From the NCBI GenBank assembly GCA_965219085.1, contig OZ244720.1:2208001-2272000 (forward strand): a stretch of 64,000 nucleotides of DNA, in the 5' to 3' direction. The DNA comes from Dehalococcoidia bacterium (GTDB lineage: Bacteria > Chloroflexota > Dehalococcoidia > UBA2979). The notes below the pieces were generated by a model. It searched no databases, was not told where the DNA came from, and was given only the letters and a program-made list of their open reading frames with translations. Below are positions 58,395 through 64,000 of the stretch, piece after piece (within the stretch, counting starts at the first letter, position 1; the number at the start of each line of letters is the position of its first letter). The translations under genes and the position numbers were made by a program.

Positions 58395-58745
58395 GTGACT
58401 ACCGTCGGACCCGGATCCGTTCCCGCGCCCGTCGAGGCGCCTCGTGAGGCCGGAGAGCCCGAGTCGGCGCTCGAGCCGCTCTACCACCTCGTGCTGCTCG
58501 ACGACGACCACCACACGTACGCATACGTGATCGAGATGCTGGGCAAGATCTTCGGCTACGGCCGCGAGAAGTCGTACGCCCTCGCGAGCATCGTCGACAG
58601 CGCCGGCCGCGTCGTGGTCGAGACCGCCGACCACGACCGGGTGACGCTCGACCAGGGCAAGGTCCACGGCCATGGCGCCGACCCGCGCATCCCCGACTGC
58701 AAGGGCTCGATGTCGGCGATCGTCGAAGCGGCGGAGCGGTCGTGA
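58395..58745 (+). CDS. clpS: ClpS-like adaptor protein
   Basis: YHLVLLDDDHHTYAYVIEML, GRVVV, GADP..GSMSAIVE. Confidence 0.85.
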   Translation: MTTVGPGSVPAPVEAPREAGEPESALEPLYHLVLLDDDHHTYAYVIEMLGKIFGYGREKSYALASIVDSAGRVVVETADHDRVTLDQGKVHGHGADPRIPDCKGSMSAIVEAAERS

Positions 58746-60313
58746 GCGGCGCCGGGCCGGCCATCGCGCCCGGAACGGTGGCGCGCGCACCCGTCGACGG
58801 CTCGCTGAACCTCGCACGTGCGTGCATCGAGGGCTGGGCGAGCGACCCCGACCACGCGGACCGGCCGGCGTTCACGTTCCTGTCTGGCCCGGGGCCCGGC
58901 GACGCCGAGTCGTGGACGTACGCCGAGGTGTGGGAGCGCGTGCAGCGCGTCGCGCGAGGACTCCTCGCGCGCGGGTTGGAGCCGGGCGACCGTGTGCTCG
59001 TGCGGCTGCCGCACTCGCCGGCCTACGCGTTCGCGTTCTTCGGCGCGAACGCGGCCGGGCTCGTGCCGATCCCGGCGTCGCCGCAGCTCACGGAGGGCGA
59101 GGCGACGTTCCTGGTCGACGACGCGGAGCCGCGCGCCGCCTTCACCACCCGCGAGCTCGCCGTGCCGGGCTTCGACGGCCTCGAGCTCCACGCCGAGGAC
59201 CTCGACACGCTCGACGGCGGCGGCGCGCTGCCGGAGACGGCGGCCGAGGATCCTGCGTTCCTCATCTACACCTCGGGCACGCAGGCGCGACCGAAGGGCG
59301 TCCTGCACGCGCAGCGCACGCTGTACGGGCGCGCGCTGATGTGGGGAGCGTGGCAGGGCTTCGGCCCCACCGATGTGGCCCTCCACGCGGGCACGCTGAA
59401 CTGGTCGTACACCCTCGGCGTCGGTCTGATGGACGTGTGGGCCTCGGGTGGGCACGCGATGCTCTACGGCGGGCCGCCCGACCCGGCCGTCTGGGCGTCG
59501 CTCATCGCGCACCATCGCATCACCGTCTTCACCGCCGTGCCGACGGTGCACCGGCAGCTCCTCAAGTACGGCGCGCCCGAGGAGCACGACTTCTCGTCGC
59601 TGCGGCACTGCCTGTGCGCCGGCGAGCCGCTGCTCCCCGCGCTGCGGGGCGAGTGGCTCGAGCGCATCGGCGTGGAGATGTACGAGGCGCTCGGCATGAC
59701 CGAGGTGAGCACGTACGTCTCCTCGGGGCCGGCCGCGCCGGTGCGGGCCGGCTCGCCGGGGCAGCCGCAGCCCGGCCGCCGGGTCGCGATCCTGCCGGAG
59801 GACGGCGGCGCGGAGCCGCTGCCGCCGGGCGAGGTCGGCCTGCTGGCGGTGCATCGCTCCGACCCCGGCCTGATGCTCGGCTACTGGCGGCGGCCCGACG
59901 AGGCGGCGTCGGTGTACCGCGGCGAGTGGTTCGCCGGAGGCGACCTTGCCGCGCTCGACGAGGACGGCTACGTCTGGTTCCAGGGCCGCGCCGACGACGT
60001 GATCAAGTCGTTCGGCTACCGCCTCTCGCCGGTCGAGATAGAGGCGGCGCTGGAGTCGGCGCCCGGCGTCGCCGAGGTGGCGGTCGTGGGATTGGAGATC
60101 GACGCCGCGAAGACACTGGTCACCGCGTGCGTGGTGCCCGAGGAGGGCGTGGCCCTCGAGGAGCAGGCGCTGCGCGCCCACGCCGAGGCGCGCCTCGCGG
60201 GCTACAAACAGCCGCACCAGTACGTGCCGGTCGCGGAGTTGCCGCGCACCCGCAACGGCAAGCTGCAGCGCAGCGCCCTCGTCGAGCGGCTCACCGCGGA
60301 CCTCGCCGGGTAG
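58742..60313 (+). CDS. Acyl-CoA synthetase (AMP-binding enzyme)
   Basis: YTSGTQARPKG, GMTE, GD, GRADD, LPRTRNGKL. Confidence 0.92.
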   Translation: MSGAGPAIAPGTVARAPVDGSLNLARACIEGWASDPDHADRPAFTFLSGPGPGDAESWTYAEVWERVQRVARGLLARGLEPGDRVLVRLPHSPAYAFAFFGANAAGLVPIPASPQLTEGEATFLVDDAEPRAAFTTRELAVPGFDGLELHAEDLDTLDGGGALPETAAEDPAFLIYTSGTQARPKGVLHAQRTLYGRALMWGAWQGFGPTDVALHAGTLNWSYTLGVGLMDVWASGGHAMLYGGPPDPAVWASLIAHHRITVFTAVPTVHRQLLKYGAPEEHDFSSLRHCLCAGEPLLPALRGEWLERIGVEMYEALGMTEVSTYVSSGPAAPVRAGSPGQPQPGRRVAILPEDGGAEPLPPGEVGLLAVHRSDPGLMLGYWRRPDEAASVYRGEWFAGGDLAALDEDGYVWFQGRADDVIKSFGYRLSPVEIEAALESAPGVAEVAVVGLEIDAAKTLVTACVVPEEGVALEEQALRAHAEARLAGYKQPHQYVPVAELPRTRNGKLQRSALVERLTADLAG

Positions 60314-60337
60314 CGGCGGCCGCGCGGCCCACGTCGC

Positions 60338-60979
60338 TCAGTCCGTTCGCGTCACGAACGCCTCGCCGTACTGACGGGCGTGCTCCGCGCGCCGCACGTC
60401 GAGGGCGGCGCGCCCCTCTGGTGTATCGAGGCCGTCGAGGAGCATCACGAGCGCATCCTCGTCGTTGTCTTTGTAGTAGCGGCGCAGCCGGCCGTGGCTG
60501 CGGAACCCGTAGCGCGCGTAGAGGTTGACCGCGCGCGCGTTCGTCGTGCGCACCTCGAGCGCGACGCTGTCGAGGTCGGCCGCGACGGCGAGGTCGCACA
60601 CGGCCAGCAGCAGCGCCTGGCCGATGCCGAGCCCGTGGTACTGCGGCGCAACGGCGATGGTCACGAGGTGCAGTTGGTCGTGGGTGAACCATGCGCCGGC
60701 GTAGCCGCCGATCGGCGCGCCGGCCGGGCCGAACGGCAGGCGGTCGGGGAGGAACTGCACCATCCGCGCCCACCAGCCGCGCACCTGCGGCGGCGCCGCG
60801 GCCGACTCCCCGACATCGGCCACGAGGAACTGCGCGAGCCCGTTCAGCAGCTCGCGCCGGAATCCCGAGCGAGGACTCTGCGATCCGTAGGCGTCGCGCT
60901 CGACGCGCACCGCGGCGCGCACGTCGCCGGGACGCATCGGGCGAATGGTGACGGTGCTCGGGCGAGCGAGGGCGCACAT
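60338..60979 (-). CDS. rimI: RimI-like GNAT N-acetyltransferase
   Basis: TIAVAPQYHGLGIG, LEVRTTNARAVNLY.RYGF...G..RRYY.DNDEDALVM; ATG 60979. Confidence 0.85.
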   Translation of the reverse strand: MCALARPSTVTIRPMRPGDVRAAVRVERDAYGSQSPRSGFRRELLNGLAQFLVADVGESAAAPPQVRGWWARMVQFLPDRLPFGPAGAPIGGYAGAWFTHDQLHLVTIAVAPQYHGLGIGQALLLAVCDLAVAADLDSVALEVRTTNARAVNLYARYGFRSHGRLRRYYKDNDEDALVMLLDGLDTPEGRAALDVRRAEHARQYGEAFVTRTD

Positions 60980-61093
60980 GTGGCGATCGTATCGCGTATG
61001 CGACGAACGTACCGCGCCATCACCACCTCGGCCCTCCCGCGCGCAGCGTCTACCGTCCGCCGCACGCAGACCCGAGTACCGAGGAGGACCACG

Positions 61094-61552
61094 ATGGAAG
61101 ACCACAACGAACTGACGCTGAGCGACGCCGAAGGCGAAGACCTGCCCGACGAGGCGCTCGCCGAACTTGCCGCGATCGGGGACGACGAGCCCAACGCCGA
61201 GGCCACCGCCGAGCACACCTCGGAGGAGATCGCGAGCCTGCGCGCGGACCTCGACGCCGAGCGCGCCGCCCGGCGGACCGCCGTCGCGCGTTACCGCGAT
61301 GCGGTGCTGGCGGCGGAGCCGGCGCTGCCGCCGGAGCTCATCGCCGGCGACAGCCTCGCCGAGGTCGACGCCTCGGTGGAGGCGGCGCGGCGCGCCGTGG
61401 CGCAGATCCGCGAGCGCCTCGCGACCGAGGCGGACGAGGCCGCCGCGCGCGGCTTCCCCGTCGGCGCACCCGGCCGCCGGGAGCCGAGCGCCGAGGGGAT
61501 GTCGGCGACCGAGAAGATCGCGTTCGGACTGGAGCGACGCGCCGCAAGCTGA
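61094..61552 (+). CDS. Putative capsid scaffolding protein
   Basis: Acidic coiled coil, PPELIAG.S..EVDASVE, PVGAPGR, MSATEKIAFG; directly upstream of the capsid gene; GGAGG RBS. Confidence 0.65.
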   Translation: MEDHNELTLSDAEGEDLPDEALAELAAIGDDEPNAEATAEHTSEEIASLRADLDAERAARRTAVARYRDAVLAAEPALPPELIAGDSLAEVDASVEAARRAVAQIRERLATEADEAAARGFPVGAPGRREPSAEGMSATEKIAFGLERRAAS

Positions 61553-61600
61553 GCCCTCGTGCCCTGGCGCCCTGGCGCCCTGGTGCCTTCGCGCCCTCGC
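61553..61600. repeat. Six imperfect 8-bp tandem repeats GCCCT(G/C)G(C/T)
   Basis: GCCCTCGT GCCCTGGC GCCCTGGC GCCCTGGT GCCTTCGC GCCCTCGC. Confidence 0.75.
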
Positions 61601-61674
61601 CCGGCCGCAGGTGGCCGGGCGGGGGCCGTCCGGAGCATCCGATTCGTCGATGCGTGCCACTTTGACCTTCGGAC

Positions 61675-61688
61675 AGAACACACGTTCC
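61675..61688. promoter_or_regulatory. Putative LexA (SOS) box
   Basis: AGAAC-ACAC-GTTCC matches the GAAC-N4-GTTC motif of Firmicutes, Actinobacteria and Chloroflexi; adjacent to a TAGGCT -10-like hexamer (61691-61696). Confidence 0.65.
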
Positions 61689-61756
61689 CATAGGCTCCCT
61701 CCCACAACGCATCGAAGCAGGCGCGCGGCACGAAACCGCGCGCGGGGAGGGACGCA

Positions 61757-62647
61757 ATGGCGCTGACACTGACCGAGGGGGCCAAGCTCTCCAACGACGT
61801 ACTCCAGCAGGGCGTGATCGAGACCGTGATCAAGGACAGCCCCATCCTGCAACGGCTCCCGTTCATCGAGATCGTCGGGAACGGGCTCACCTACAACCGC
61901 GAGAACGCCGCGGCCACCGCTGCCTTCTACGCCGTCGGGGACACGTGGGCGGAGAGCACGCCGACGTTCACGCAGGTGACCGCCTCGCTCACCATCCTCG
62001 GCGGCGACGCGGACATCGATAACTACATCGCGCGCACCCGCAACAACGTCCAGGACATCGAGGCGGCCGTCGTCGAGCTCAAGGCGAAGGCCGTCCAGCA
62101 GCAGTTCGACGAGACCTTCATCGACGGCGACGCCGACACCAACTCGAAGGCCTTCAACGGCATCGACGAGCTGTGCGCCGCCGGCCAGACCACCTCGATG
62201 GGCAACAACGGCGCGAAGCTCACCCTCGACAAGCTCGACGAGCTGGTGGACCTCGTGCGTGGCGGGAAGCCGGAGATGCTGCTCATGTCGCGTCGCTCGC
62301 GGCGCACGCTGAACAGCCTCGCGCGCGCCGCGGGCTCGGGCGTGGTGGAGCACGACCGCGACGAGTTCGGCCGCATGGTCGCGTACTACGACGGCATCCC
62401 GATCGGGGTGAGCGACTACATCAAGGACACCCAGAGCCGGGGCACGGCGCGCAACACTTCGGTGATCTACGCGCTGCAGTTCGGCGAGGGCGCCGTCGCG
62501 GGGCTCACCGCGCCCGGCGGCGTGACCATCGAGCGCGTCGGCGCGCTGGAGACGAAGGACGCCACGCGCGTGCGCGTGAAGTGGTACGTCTCCGTCGCGC
62601 TCTTCAACGAACTCAAGCTCGCGAAGCTCACCGGCGTGCAGGCCTAA
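61757..62647 (+). CDS. Phage-like major capsid protein (HK97 fold)
   Basis: MALTLTEGAKLSND, SPILQRLPF, LTYNRE, ILGGDADID, FIDGD....KAFNGI, RVKWY; followed by virion-type genes. Confidence 0.85.
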   Translation: MALTLTEGAKLSNDVLQQGVIETVIKDSPILQRLPFIEIVGNGLTYNRENAAATAAFYAVGDTWAESTPTFTQVTASLTILGGDADIDNYIARTRNNVQDIEAAVVELKAKAVQQQFDETFIDGDADTNSKAFNGIDELCAAGQTTSMGNNGAKLTLDKLDELVDLVRGGKPEMLLMSRRSRRTLNSLARAAGSGVVEHDRDEFGRMVAYYDGIPIGVSDYIKDTQSRGTARNTSVIYALQFGEGAVAGLTAPGGVTIERVGALETKDATRVRVKWYVSVALFNELKLAKLTGVQA

Positions 62648-62686
62648 GCGGTCCGCACGCCCCATCGACACGCCCGGGAGGCGACC

Positions 62687-63319
62687 ATGCACCTGACCGA
62701 GATGCGGACCCGCGTCCGCCGCGACCTTCGAGACACGGACCCCGCGGACGAGCGCTGGTCCGACGACGAGCTCGACCGGCACATCGAGCGCGCCGTGCGC
62801 GAGCTCTCGCTCGGCGCGCCCGTCGAGGCGGTCGCGACGCTCACGACGGCTGCCGGCAGCCGCGACCTCGACGTGTCGGCGCTCGCCAGCCGCGTCTCGA
62901 TCGACGCGGTCGAGTATCCGGCGGGGCAATACCCGCCGGCGTTCGCGGTGTTCTCGTCATGGGGCGACACGCTCACGCTGGTCGTCGACCGGGCGCCGCA
63001 CGCGGGCGAGCGCGCGACCGTCTCCTACTCGAAGCTCCACACCCTGACCGACGACGCCTCGACGCTGCCTGCGGCCCTCGAGGAGATCGTCGCGACGGGC
63101 GCGGGTGGGTACGCCGCGCTGGAGTGGGCCTCGTTCGCCACGAACCGCGTCAACGCGGGCGGGACGGACACCTGGCGGCACTATCACATCTGGGCGCAGG
63201 AGCGCCTCGCCGCCTTCGCACGCGCGCTCGCCAAGCACGGGCGCGAGCGGCGGGTGCGGTCGCGCCAGCTCTACCGGCCCGCGGGCGACGCCGTTGGCGC
63301 GCCCGCCCCGGGCGGGTAG
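62687..63319 (+). CDS. Putative head-tail adaptor protein
   Basis: LTEMRTRVRRDLRD....RWSDDELDRHI..A N-terminus resembles head-completion proteins; follows the capsid gene. Confidence 0.6.
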   Translation: MHLTEMRTRVRRDLRDTDPADERWSDDELDRHIERAVRELSLGAPVEAVATLTTAAGSRDLDVSALASRVSIDAVEYPAGQYPPAFAVFSSWGDTLTLVVDRAPHAGERATVSYSKLHTLTDDASTLPAALEEIVATGAGGYAALEWASFATNRVNAGGTDTWRHYHIWAQERLAAFARALAKHGRERRVRSRQLYRPAGDAVGAPAPGG

Positions 63320-63325
63320 CCCGCG

Positions 63326-64000
63326 ATGCGCGGGCTCACACCCACGCTCGACGCGGCTCGGCGCTCGCCGAGCGTGCAGCCGTACCTGCGCGTGCAGCTC
63401 CACGACCGCGACGTCGGCTCGCTGCGGCTGCGCTGGCGACGCGTCTACTCGGGCCCCGAGCCCGACGGCCCGTGCGCCGCGGCGGTCGCCGCTGACGGCG
63501 CGCTGCTGCGGGTGCGCATCGACCCCTCGACGGGCGCGCTCACGCGCCAGCGCGTCGCGTCGCCGGGCGCGGTGAGCGACTACGGGGCGTGGACGCCCGT
63601 GGCGACCGTCGCCGTCGGCCCGCGCGTCGGCCTCGCCGCGCGCGGCACGCGCGGCATGATCGCCTCGGTGCGGGCCGATGGCGTGACCGTCGACGTGCGC
63701 GAGAGCACCGACGGCGGCGCGACATTCGGGGCGGCCAGCGTGCTCGCGGTCGCGTCGGGAGTGGTCACCGCGGTTGCATGCTCGATGGCCCCGGACGGGA
63801 CTGCCGCGGTGATCTACGCCGTTGGCGGCGTCGTCTACGCGGTCCGCCGCTTCGGCACCGGGCGCTGGCTCGCGCCGGCTGCGTGGTCGCGCTCGCTCGC
63901 GACGGTGAACGCGCTCGCCGCGTCATTCGAGGTGGACCACAACGTGCTGATCTCCGGCACGAATGCCGCCGGCGACACCGGCGTGTGGTCGACGATCTAC
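63326..64000 (+). CDS. Phage-like structural protein, beta-rich (runs off right edge)
   Basis: Manual translation MRGLTPTLDAARRSPSVQPYLRVQLHDRDVGSLRLRWRRVYSGPEPDG..., with an Asp-box-like ESTDGGATFG; open to the window end. Confidence 0.65.
   Translation, partial: MRGLTPTLDAARRSPSVQPYLRVQLHDRDVGSLRLRWRRVYSGPEPDGPCAAAVAADGALLRVRIDPSTGALTRQRVASPGAVSDYGAWTPVATVAVGPRVGLAARGTRGMIASVRADGVTVDVRESTDGGATFGAASVLAVASGVVTAVACSMAPDGTAAVIYAVGGVVYAVRRFGTGRWLAPAAWSRSLATVNALAASFEVDHNVLISGTNAAGDTGVWSTIY

Noticed and set aside
61757-62647. Encapsulin nanocompartment
   Set aside because: Flanked by scaffold-like and head-completion-like genes rather than a cargo enzyme; a virion-type capsid fits better.
60338-62929. 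863-aa ORF suggesting a giant RimI fusion
   Set aside because: Only the last 213 codons are GNAT-like; the rest is antisense to the scaffold and capsid genes.

Overview
High-GC bacterial chromosome segment. Gene content suggests Chloroflexota, class Dehalococcoidia (SAR202-like); this is inference from Tat-lipoprotein family-5 binding-protein paralogues, fused CaiB/BaiF transferases, an LLM monooxygenase and the capsid cluster. In order: a TPP-riboswitch-controlled thiamine ABC operon, a DEAD-box helicase and purU; a probable selenoprotein peroxiredoxin-DsbD fusion that the ORF track splits at an in-frame UGA; Fic and several toxin-antitoxin modules; CoA transferases and SDRs; a four-Cache-domain lipoprotein; and a tandem array of five mosaic solute-binding proteins with conserved structured leaders. 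Then an IS5 interrupted by an IS110 whose bridge-RNA target and donor guides can be read from the sequence, an IS256 with an 8-bp target duplication, and an iron ABC permease/ATPase pair behind a DtxR-type box. The right end holds the start of a host-like phage head cluster (scaffold, major capsid, adaptor, further structural gene) with a LexA/SOS-type box before the capsid gene and no integrase at this border, a candidate domesticated phage or gene transfer agent. All family calls come from motif recognition; no database searches were run.
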